20,000 nt of DNA from an uncultured virus (IMG/VR IMGVR_UViG_3300042914_001978) (IMGVR_UViG_3300042914_001978); one strand, 5' to 3'; shown: positions 7,287 through 14,674, counted from the stretch's first letter. Numbers and translations: made by a program. The notes: generated from the sequence alone by a model not told the origin.

Positions 7287-8995
7287 CGCGCTGTTGACGA
7301 GTTAATCCTGACGTAATTCCTTACCAATGAAGATGTTCTGGTTTTGAGCCACACGCCGTCACCAGAGGCAGAATCTCGCGTTCCTCGACCATTGGTATTG
7401 TGTGTAGGTATGTAATTATCAGTAATGAAAAGTTTTGATTTTGCGGACACGGAAATACACTGAACTTCTCCCGTTCCGCAACTTTCAACAGAAACAATCC
7501 TTCTAGCCCATGCTGCATTTCTAAATTTAAACCTGTCGGCCTTTCTTTTTAATCTGAACAAATTAAAAAACGGCATATTTATGTTTTGAAGTCTGTAACA
7601 ATCTCTGGCTCTTTTGGGTGTTTTTTGGGTTGGGGATGTATAAAATATATTTGTTTTCAGATTCAAAGCACAACGCCCGCCCAACGAACGAATGACATCC
7701 ATTAAATCTTCGCTAAGTTTTTGAGATGATGAGGCAAATTCGCACCTTCCAATCTTATCAACGGTTCCATCCGAGTCCATTAAACCCTGAACCAAACTTA
7801 ATCTATCTTCAATAGATGCCATTTTGTATGCGTATGGTATAAACTTCTCAAAAGATTTTTTACCGTAAAGACCTAACCCCTTTAAAATGCGTATCATTTC
7901 GTTTTTCCCAGTTATTGAAACAATCCTGTGGTTTCCCCTTACCGCATTTTTATTTGAAATGTGGGGCTTGATAATATGTCCAGAGATAAGACTATTTCCA
8001 ACATAATTAATTATCTCTTCATCAACATTTGTAAAACCCAAATAGCCTCCAGACATTCCGCCTTCTCCCAAAAGCAAACCCATTAAATATGGATCTATGG
8101 GAAGATCATCGCTTTTTGCAAAATCTACTGGATGTATTTGCGGAACCCTTGGTCTTGCTTTTGTTTTTTCAATAAGATATTTAAGGTCAACAGTGCTCAA
8201 CACTTTGTCTTTAACGCCATAGACCTGAACCGTCCATAAATGCTCATCACACGCAATTGCGCTGGATTTATCTTGTAGACTAATCTTGTATAGATCTCTT
8301 TTACCTTTTTTAAAAACTCCAGTAACAAATGATGTTTCGCCGCTTGGATCAACGACTGCATCTCCAACCTTAATATCTTTCATTAATTTAAACCCATTCG
8401 GCGTCAAAACTTTTGATGTTAACGGCAGGGCATTTCCCTCCACGCATTGGAAGTTTTTTTCACCAACCTTGACCACAATCCCGATATGGGAAAAATCAAA
8501 GATGACAAAGTCCCCCACTTGAGGCTTGGCTTTTGAGGATAAAACCTTGGTGGTAGCGGGACGCCCCTTTGCCCACTGGATATACCCGAATGCTGCTGCG
8601 GTCTTGGGTCTCCACTTGTCAGGAGTCATCACCTTTAGCCCCAGCCACTCGGCATTCTCCTTGTCCTTGAGCCACTCTTGAATTACCCAACCCGTAAACG
8701 CCGCACACCACGGCCATGAAGCTGGCTTCAGACTGGTTGCCGATTGGTACTTGCGGATCTTGGCCCCGTTGTTGTTGCCGCCAGACTCCTTCACCCCGAC
8801 TTGGGATAGGGCAATCTTGGCCAGATTCTCAAGAGCCTTTGGGGTCTTCTGTTTCGGGGCGGGCTTGGCCTTGGCTTCTTTTGGCGGTTCGGGCTTTAAG
8901 CTCTCTTGCGATTCGGACGGCAAGCTCGGTGAGGACGGCGCTTGGCCAGTATCAAAGCCGATAAAACCAAAGAGTTTCTGGATTAACTTTAACAT
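7283..8995 (-). CDS. CHAP-domain endolysin precursor containing an intein (570 aa; 225 aa after splicing)
   Basis: IALSQVGVKE.GGNN.G..I.KY, WPWCAAF (catalytic Cys), GDFVIFDFSHIGIV (His) and VEGN|TNG..GDGVW..R. It lies downstream of holin-like genes. Confidence 0.88.
   Translation of the reverse strand: MLKLIQKLFGFIGFDTGQAPSSPSLPSESQESLKPEPPKEAKAKPAPKQKTPKALENLAKIALSQVGVKESGGNNNGAKIRKYQSATSLKPASWPWCAAFTGWVIQEWLKDKENAEWLGLKVMTPDKWRPKTAAAFGYIQWAKGRPATTKVLSSKAKPQVGDFVIFDFSHIGIVVKVGEKNFQCVEGNALPLTSKVLTPNGFKLMKDIKVGDAVVDPSGETSFVTGVFKKGKRDLYKISLQDKSSAIACDEHLWTVQVYGVKDKVLSTVDLKYLIEKTKARPRVPQIHPVDFAKSDDLPIDPYLMGLLLGEGGMSGGYLGFTNVDEEIINYVGNSLISGHIIKPHISNKNAVRGNHRIVSITGKNEMIRILKGLGLYGKKSFEKFIPYAYKMASIEDRLSLVQGLMDSDGTVDKIGRCEFASSSQKLSEDLMDVIRSLGGRCALNLKTNIFYTSPTQKTPKRARDCYRLQNINMPFFNLFRLKRKADRFKFRNAAWARRIVSVESCGTGEVQCISVSAKSKLFITDNYIPTHNTNGRGTRDSASGDGVWLKTRTSSLVRNYVRINSSTAR
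7397..8431 (-). mobile_element. class 3 (Ala1, Trp-Cys-Thr signature) intein with a LAGLIDADG homing endonuclease, 345 aa
   Basis: Block A ALPLTSKVLTPNG..MKDIKVGD, block B ACDEHLW, LAGLIDADG motifs YLMGLLLGEGG and LVQGLMDSDGTV, block F EVQCISV, block G YIPTHN followed by +1 Thr. Removing it restores VEGNTNG. More AT-rich than its flanks. Confidence 0.92.
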
Positions 8996-9017
8996 GGGGC
9001 CGACTGCTCACCCATTC

Positions 9018-9046
9018 ATTTTACCACTTGCACTGACGCCTGCCAA
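9018..9046 (-). promoter_or_regulatory. sigma70-type promoter upstream of the endolysin
   Basis: TTGGCA (9046-9041), 17 nt, TAAAAT (9023-9018), with a TGn extended -10. It sits in the 62-nt gap before ATG 8995. Confidence 0.55.
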
Positions 9047-9057
9047 TATCCCAGTTC

Positions 9058-9234
9058 CTAGAAATCCGCTCCACCTCGGACTCCGATGGTGACGGAAGTT
9101 TTTCCATCATTGCCCCGCTTCCCTTTGACCCAGAAGCGGATGGAACTGAATAAACGGACAAGGAAACTTCTGCGATCTTCTTCGCGCTTTTTGGTAAATA
9201 TGGCTTTGAGGACTTCATCTTTGATTGGTTTCAC
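9058..9234 (-). CDS. 58-aa basic protein in the lysis cassette ending in ...VTIGVRGGADF; absent from the ORF track
   Basis: GTG start overlaps the upstream TGA (GTGA). MKPIKDEVLKAIFTKKREEDRRSFLVRLFSSIRFWVKGKRGNDGKTSVTIGVRGGADF*. It stops before the endolysin promoter. Confidence 0.6.
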   Translation of the reverse strand: MKPIKDEVLKAIFTKKREEDRRSFLVRLFSSIRFWVKGKRGNDGKTSVTIGVRGGADF

Positions 9235-9566
9235 TTACGTTTACGCTTGGTTGCGGGCTTTTTGACTTCAATGGCCCTGCGGACTTCGGTGAAGGTAATA
9301 GGCCCAGCCACTCCATCCTCATCCGTATTGACCAAGGCTTGGATTTTTTTAACTCCCCTGACGTTCACTTCGTTGGTGACGTAGTTAACGATAGAGATAA
9401 GGAGGGCAACAATAAAGCCTGTGAGACTGACCTGATCGACGGATTCGGCCAGCTTTGGATCAACCATAGCAAGACGGGAGACAATAGCGGCTACCGCCAT
9501 GGCGATGAGAGGTGTAAGAACACCGCCCGCCTTACTGACCAAGAATGCTAGAAGTTTGTCTTTCAT
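9231..9566 (-). CDS. holin-like membrane protein with a C-terminal peptidoglycan-binding-like motif
   Basis: Two hydrophobic segments (GVLTPLIAMAVAAIV and LTGFIVALLISIV), then IQALV.TDEDGVAGPIT...V and a basic tail KKPATKRKRK. Confidence 0.55.
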   Translation of the reverse strand: MKDKLLAFLVSKAGGVLTPLIAMAVAAIVSRLAMVDPKLAESVDQVSLTGFIVALLISIVNYVTNEVNVRGVKKIQALVNTDEDGVAGPITFTEVRRAIEVKKPATKRKRK

Positions 9567-9847
9567 TGTTCGATTTTGACACGTTGGACAGCCGATTCAA
9601 TAGTAAAACGAATCAAGGATTCGGAGGCATCAATCCCATTGCGGATGGCTGCGCTGGTGAGCTTTTTGACAGCGGCCTCGCGCTTTTGTGCGCCAGTTTT
9701 GCTGGTGTCGGCCAACTCGCGGACAATGTCCAAGGCGAGAGGTAGGAGGCTGGACGCCGCATCCACAAACAATTCTTTAAGGATAGGTGCGTAGAAACTC
9801 CAGATTTTGGAAGGAATACCCAGAAGGGTGGCAAAGAATGATTTCAT
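9563..9847 (-). CDS. LL-H-type holin-like protein
   Basis: V.E...TGAQKREAAVKKL...GI......I...IESAVQR resembles the LL-H holin C-terminal pattern. Amphipathic N-terminus and ATGA coupling to the next gene. Confidence 0.5.
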   Translation of the reverse strand: MKSFFATLLGIPSKIWSFYAPILKELFVDAASSLLPLALDIVRELADTSKTGAQKREAAVKKLTSAAIRNGIDASESLIRFTIESAVQRVKIEQ

Positions 9848-9862
9848 ATATTTAAAGCTAGA

Positions 9863-10135
9863 CTAGAATCCTTTGGATTTCAAGTAATCTTCGATTCTTT
9901 TTGTGCGCTCATCAATGCGGGCTAGGGTCTCGGACCTCTCTTGGTTTTCCTTATTAATCATTTCAATCCGCGCATCTTGTTTAGCATCATTAGCTTGGAT
10001 AGACCGCATTTGTTCGGGCAAGACAACCCACCCATTGAGGGCGGAAAACGCTGTAACCATCAAAGCTACTCCCGCGATCAACTCGCTCATAGTTAACTTG
10101 ATCCCTCGTTCGTTGCGGACTGTTTCGATGCTCAT
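9863..10135 (-). CDS. single-TM plus coiled-coil protein (holin/XhlA-like lysis accessory)
   Basis: LIAGVALMVTAFSALNGWVVL followed by the heptad-like tail LARIDERTKRIEDYL. First gene of the lysis cluster. Confidence 0.5.
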   Translation of the reverse strand: MSIETVRNERGIKLTMSELIAGVALMVTAFSALNGWVVLPEQMRSIQANDAKQDARIEMINKENQERSETLARIDERTKRIEDYLKSKGF

Positions 10136-11268
10136 GGTAGTGATAGTCCCGTCCCAATGGTGGATTTGTAAAGATCGTAAAGTTCCTCTCTTTTGTCATG
10201 TATATGCTTGTGAAACACGGCATGAATTGCATAAGTTCCCCTTGCGTCATTTTCATTTAATACCCAATTGCCATTGGGGGCAGCCCCATCTGTTGATGCT
10301 GCGCCAAAAGCCGTTGGATTTGTTTTGTTGTAAGTAACAAAACCCGCTTCAGCACCATCAAGCGTTGCAATGTAACTGTGCCATTGCCCAAGATCAAATG
10401 ATTCACGTGTGGCCGACACATACCTTGTGTCTGATGTGCTAATTCTATGGGTTCCGACTCCTGTAGAAACATTAATCCGAGTAGCAGATGGCCAACTTGC
10501 ATCTTGCCTACTCCACAGAACAACCTTGTTGCCAGCATCAAGACTTGCATATTTTTGAACACCAAAAATAGCAAATTCCCCATAGCTATTTAGATTTGAT
10601 GTGGCTCCAAAATTTATTTTTTGGCCGCTGGACGCACAGTCTATACCATCATTTTCCCAAGTCGGATTATTAACCAAAATTCCGTTATAAGTGCCAAGAC
10701 CGCCCAAGCTGTAAGCCGTGGTTCCCGTGCCTGCGTTTTGGATGCTACGAAGTGGCCAAGCAACCATGGATTCCCACAGCCCAAGATTCTTTACTCCTTT
10801 AACAAATGCATCCAATCCCTCAATGTCCGTGGCTCCACTTGCGGCAATAAATGCCAATACATCACTGTCTGTTGATGTATAAATAATAATGGAAGCCACT
10901 TGATAGCGCCAAGGCCAGTCAATATAGGTGGCTAGGTTTGCGGGATTGGCCGTGTCACCGCGATAGGCGGCGGCAATATGTCCCAAAGCTTGTTTCTCAC
11001 TCCAGTCCGTAGTGCCCGCGCTCGACCCCGAAACAACATCATAGATAGTTTTCCAGACATATTGTTTGGGAAGGGATATGTAATCTGCCTCGCTTTTGGG
11101 CGCGCCTTCGGCTACCGCAATCTTGGCCCACAAATACTGCTCTGGGAGGGTATAGTAATCCGCGACCGATCCCGAATACTGAACATTAACCAGCCACTGG
11201 GCAAGCATCATCCTTCGGGGCTGATCCGCCGCCGAAGCAAAAACACTATCTAAAGTAGGGAGAGCCAT
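10132..11268 (-). CDS. putative virion protein: N-terminal helical repeats plus a C-terminal ConA/LamG-like beta-sandwich
   Basis: Five ~25-aa repeats, then D.DV.AFI.A.GATD...LDAFVKGVK.LGLW..GTGTTAYSLGG..NG.LVNNPTW and GQWHSYIATLDG, which resemble LamG-type lectin domains. Confidence 0.55.
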   Translation of the reverse strand: MALPTLDSVFASAADQPRRMMLAQWLVNVQYSGSVADYYTLPEQYLWAKIAVAEGAPKSEADYISLPKQYVWKTIYDVVSGSSAGTTDWSEKQALGHIAAAYRGDTANPANLATYIDWPWRYQVASIIIYTSTDSDVLAFIAASGATDIEGLDAFVKGVKNLGLWESMVAWPLRSIQNAGTGTTAYSLGGLGTYNGILVNNPTWENDGIDCASSGQKINFGATSNLNSYGEFAIFGVQKYASLDAGNKVVLWSRQDASWPSATRINVSTGVGTHRISTSDTRYVSATRESFDLGQWHSYIATLDGAEAGFVTYNKTNPTAFGAASTDGAAPNGNWVLNENDARGTYAIHAVFHKHIHDKREELYDLYKSTIGTGLSLP

Positions 11269-11290
11269 AGCCTATGGTCTCCGTCCTTTA
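11251..11290 (-). promoter_or_regulatory. RNA hairpin sequestering the SD and AUG of the 378-aa gene
   Basis: Minus-strand RNA: uaaag gac ggaga ccaua-ggc-uaugg c ucucc cua cuuua. It contains the upstream UAA, GGAG and the AUG at 11268. Confidence 0.5.
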
Positions 11291-11530
11291 AGCCATGCCC
11301 ATGATACGCTCACCCATGCCAGCCATCGGAGCGGCAGCTTCCATTTCGTCAGTAGCCTCGTCCTCCATCTCGTCTTCGTCTTCGGCTTCTTCAGCCGCAA
11401 TCTCGACGCCAGCCAACATGGTGGGAACCAGCGAATCTCCATCAACACGGAAGGTCACAAGCTCTTCAAAGGTGTCGCCATCAGCAACATCTTCAGGCAG
11501 GGTATAATCAGTCGGTATAGTTAGTTTCAT
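11288..11530 (-). CDS. small acidic protein downstream of the capsid gene
   Basis: 80 aa, very Glu/Asp-rich. GAGGAG lies upstream of the ATG. Confidence 0.7.
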   Translation of the reverse strand: MKLTIPTDYTLPEDVADGDTFEELVTFRVDGDSLVPTMLAGVEIAAEEAEDEDEMEDEATDEMEAAAPMAGMGERIMGMA

Positions 11531-11540
11531 AATAGTTATT

Positions 11541-11597
11541 CTCTCCTCATAGAGCTTGCCTTAGATTTTACTCCAAGGCAAGCCTTGATGAATAGAG
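11541..11597 (-). promoter_or_regulatory. long imperfect hairpin after the capsid gene (processing/stabilising or RBS-occluding; no U-tract)
   Basis: Core ggcuugccuugga-guaaaa-ucuaaggcaagcu (13 bp including 2 G-U). Outer stem cucuauucau/augaggagag contains the GAGGAG of the next gene. Confidence 0.6.
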
Positions 11598-11606
11598 ACT
11601 AACTAA

Positions 11607-12845
11607 TTACGCGAGGTAACCGTATCCGCTATTGCTGGGACAGGTCATCAGGTCGCCCGCCAGATTGCAGCGGAGGTGGAGCAGATAGTACCCAAATTCA
11701 GGGAAGATCTGCTTCGCCGCGCAAGCCATCTTGGCGCGCCAGTAACCACTGTTTTTGTCAGGGTTGCAATTCTTGTCGTACTCGTTGATCCAGCGGAAGT
11801 CTCCGCGATAGTTCTGAGCATCATAAACAAGCTTGCCAACCTTGAGGTTCGGGTTCGGGACGAGCCACTCAACGGCCTTCGGATGGAAGATAACCGTGGA
11901 GGTATACTTCGCAGCCTTGTAGGCGGGGTTGATGATGTATTTCGTTCCCTTGACCGCGCCAGAGGCAGCGATATACGGGGCAACTTCGGTATAACCACCA
12001 GCACCGTCATCGTTGAAACGTTTCGGGAACGGGCGGCTGTGGAACACAAATCCACCGTAAGCCTTTTTGGGCAGGAGCGAGGAGCCATTGGCACCCAACA
12101 GATCGTTAACGCGATCACTGTAGCGGATATCCTGACGGACATCTTCGTTCAGTTTGATCATGTTCTCAATCGTGGCGCGTTCGGCAAACACGTTGAACAC
12201 GGGCGAGCCGTCATCGGTCACCGCATCACCGTCATCACCAGCGTTGTTCTGGTAGAGGCGGTCATAGAGTTCGCGAAGGACGCCAACCGTGAGAACGGAG
12301 GTCGGGGCAGGCAACGCACTGGTAAAACCAGAAGTGGAAGTTGATTCTGCAAGACCAGGTTCAACAGAGATCTTCGTCACTGCGGAGTAGTAATCGTCAT
12401 CATAACGCTTGATCCACTCAACGTTGACGTTGTCGGCCAAGATTTTGATGTAGTTGTTGACATCGTCAATCGGGAAAGCCGAAGTGCGAACGTCTTCCAA
12501 GCAGATCCAATCCGACTCAATCGCCTGATGGCGGAGCGAAAAGGTCTTCTGTTCAAAGGCGTAGCCAACTTTCTTGACGGGAGCCAAGCAGGAGTTGTCC
12601 TGCGTGGGGCTTCCCTCGCCAGTGACTCCAATTTCTTCCCATCCGCTGCCAACGGCAACTGTGCGCTGGGCGATGGTGTTGGTGATCGTTTTGCCCATGT
12701 TGTCGGGGAAAGCCGACTGGGTAACAAAACGCAGATAGGGATCTTTATAAAGACCCAAACGATGAGTGCCAAGGGCGATACGTCCAGTCTCGCGCTGGAA
12801 ATTATCATTGATGGCCTCACAGGTAGTAGCAGTTTGTGCTGACAT
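11607..12845 (-). CDS. major capsid protein
   Basis: 412 aa following portal and scaffold-like genes, with its own promoter and long leader, strongly biased GC-rich codons and a downstream hairpin. Assigned mainly by synteny and size. Confidence 0.78.
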   Translation of the reverse strand: MSAQTATTCEAINDNFQRETGRIALGTHRLGLYKDPYLRFVTQSAFPDNMGKTITNTIAQRTVAVGSGWEEIGVTGEGSPTQDNSCLAPVKKVGYAFEQKTFSLRHQAIESDWICLEDVRTSAFPIDDVNNYIKILADNVNVEWIKRYDDDYYSAVTKISVEPGLAESTSTSGFTSALPAPTSVLTVGVLRELYDRLYQNNAGDDGDAVTDDGSPVFNVFAERATIENMIKLNEDVRQDIRYSDRVNDLLGANGSSLLPKKAYGGFVFHSRPFPKRFNDDGAGGYTEVAPYIAASGAVKGTKYIINPAYKAAKYTSTVIFHPKAVEWLVPNPNLKVGKLVYDAQNYRGDFRWINEYDKNCNPDKNSGYWRAKMACAAKQIFPEFGYYLLHLRCNLAGDLMTCPSNSGYGYLA

Positions 12846-13012
12846 GATATTTTATTTCTATTTGGTTTAAGGGTTAGATTTTGATTTCGGGGCATAGGGT
12901 GCCCGTCTATCGGTTGAGTTTCTGGGCCGCGACCAGAGATTTACGGCTACAAATTTTGAAGGCGCTAACCCGCCAGCGAGGTGTCTGCGACCAACTCAGA
13001 CTTCAGTCTTGG

Positions 13013-13045
13013 GTGCAAACTATTATATTTGCACAAATTTGTCAA
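13013..13045 (-). promoter_or_regulatory. sigma70-type capsid promoter overlapped by an inverted repeat
   Basis: TTGACA (13045-13040), 17 nt, TAGTTT (13022-13017). The palindrome GTGCAAA-N8-TTTGCAC (13013-13034) spans the -10. Confidence 0.65.
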
Positions 13046-13055
13046 TAGCAGAATT

Positions 13056-14378
13056 TTATCGGAATATAGATTTTCCGAAATTCATCAAACTGTCGGGATT
13101 TTCATCCCCATCGTCATTGCTATCGGTCTCAGTGGCCTTACCCAAGCTTGGGGTAGCTCCGACCAGACCTTCTAGCTGAGTCTGAAGTTCTTTGATCTTG
13201 GCGTCTTTTTCGGAACTTACCTTCTCCATCTGAGTGGTATAGTGGTTGATTGCCGACTCAAGGAAGGGGACTACAGCAGCCCGTGCGAGGATGGCGCTTC
13301 GGTCTTCGACGCTCAAGCGATCCAGATTGGTCTCTGCGGCGTTCTTTTTGGCACTACGGATATGGCTATTCCAGTCATCCTGCCCGTCGATTTCTTGGAG
13401 GAAAGAATAGCGATCTTCCAGATTTGTCCAAGTTTTGGCCGTGAACGCCTTCTGGAGCCTTTGATCGTTCTCAATAAACTCCTGTTCGGATTGGGCCTTG
13501 CGGGCGTTTTCGGCCTCTGCGAGGGATTCTGCCTCCTTCTGAAACCGCTCATGGTATTGGGCCAACTCATGGTATTTATCGGCCATCTTGACGATGGACA
13601 ACTGCTCCATACGCTTGAAGTCCGCCGTCAGGTCTTCCAGAGAGTCGATACGCTTGCGGGCATCTGGCTCTGTTAGGGCTTGCCAGAGTTTAGAGAAATC
13701 GGCGTCATTGGCTTCTGCAATGGCTCTTAAATCGCCCTGAAGGCCGCTCAGAGGCTTTTTGATGGTTTCAACGTATTCGGGGCTTCGCTCAAAGTTTGCG
13801 GCTTTTAGTTCGCGGTTAAGCTCTGCCATGCGGGTTTTGTAGCTCTCAAGCTCTTCCTGAAGGGTCTTGACCGTCTCCCCCTCATATTTACCCACCTTCT
13901 CTTTGGTGGCTTCCAGTTCGGCCTTGAGGCGATCCCGCTCTTCACGGGCCTTTTTCATTTCGGTTTTGATTTCTTTCCAGCTTGAGATCCCCTTCTCAGA
14001 ATCGTCACCTTCAGGTTTATCGGAGATGGGCTTATCGGCAAAGTGGGGGTTAAGCGGGAGGTCATCGTCGTCTTTTGCTTCTGTCTGCTCGTTAGCATCC
14101 TTAGACGATACTTCCTTGGTAATATCTGCAACCTTCTTCTCTACCTCTTCCTTGGTGGCTTTGGATTTGGTTTCCGCTTTAATGGGAGCTTTCTTCTCCG
14201 CTTTGGGAGTTTCCTCTTTCGGGGTTTCGGCTGCTGGCTTTGGCTCTTCTTGCTGGGTTTCGGGCGCGGTGGTTTCATTGGGTTGAACTTCGGGGGCTGG
14301 TTCTGCGTTGGCCCCTCCAAAAATGGTTCCAGCGAAGTCTGCGTCACCCGTAAGGGCGGAATTAAGGATATTAGCCAT
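13056..14378 (-). CDS. putative capsid scaffolding protein
   Basis: 440 aa with a low-complexity Glu/Lys/Pro/Ala N-terminus followed by long coiled-coil segments. Lies between portal and capsid. Confidence 0.6.
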   Translation of the reverse strand: MANILNSALTGDADFAGTIFGGANAEPAPEVQPNETTAPETQQEEPKPAAETPKEETPKAEKKAPIKAETKSKATKEEVEKKVADITKEVSSKDANEQTEAKDDDDLPLNPHFADKPISDKPEGDDSEKGISSWKEIKTEMKKAREERDRLKAELEATKEKVGKYEGETVKTLQEELESYKTRMAELNRELKAANFERSPEYVETIKKPLSGLQGDLRAIAEANDADFSKLWQALTEPDARKRIDSLEDLTADFKRMEQLSIVKMADKYHELAQYHERFQKEAESLAEAENARKAQSEQEFIENDQRLQKAFTAKTWTNLEDRYSFLQEIDGQDDWNSHIRSAKKNAAETNLDRLSVEDRSAILARAAVVPFLESAINHYTTQMEKVSSEKDAKIKELQTQLEGLVGATPSLGKATETDSNDDGDENPDSLMNFGKSIFR

Positions 14379-14386
14379 AAGTTATA

Positions 14387-14674
14387 TTAGTTTGTTTCTT
14401 CTGAAGTTATATGGGAGAAAGGTTCTGGCAAGTCAAATTTGGGTTTATTTACCTGTCCATAACCCAAAGTTTCAATGAGGTCCATAACCTCTTGACTGCC
14501 CTCATAAAAACCCGCGCTCTTAATAAACACTGGCGACAGATCGAAACCTTGAGCGACAGGGCTGCTGCTTCGTTTCGGGCGAACCCGTTTGGAGATGAAT
14601 TTAAGCCCCTTCTGCATATGAGGCATTGCCCAAGTTTTGGCCCATTCACGGGCATCCTGATCTGTCCACTCCAT
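14387..14674 (-). CDS. small hypothetical protein between portal and scaffold
   Basis: 95-aa ORF tiling the gap, in a typical podovirus-like position. Confidence 0.65.
   Translation of the reverse strand: MEWTDQDAREWAKTWAMPHMQKGLKFISKRVRPKRSSSPVAQGFDLSPVFIKSAGFYEGSQEVMDLIETLGYGQVNKPKFDLPEPFSHITSEETN

Noticed and set aside
8432..8446. Intein starting at the upstream Cys (CVEGN) as a canonical class 1 intein
   Set aside because: VEGN belongs to the CHAP EGNT motif, block A aligns from ALP, and the class 3 Trp-Cys-Thr triplet is present.
9021..9218. 65-aa minus-strand ORF from the track (MKSSKPYLPK...)
   Set aside because: It would run over the endolysin promoter. The overlapping frame 9058-9234 has a coupled GTGA start and fits better.
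11541..11597. Intrinsic terminator after the capsid gene
   Set aside because: The stem is strong but has no U-tract on either strand, so it is reported as a regulatory hairpin instead.
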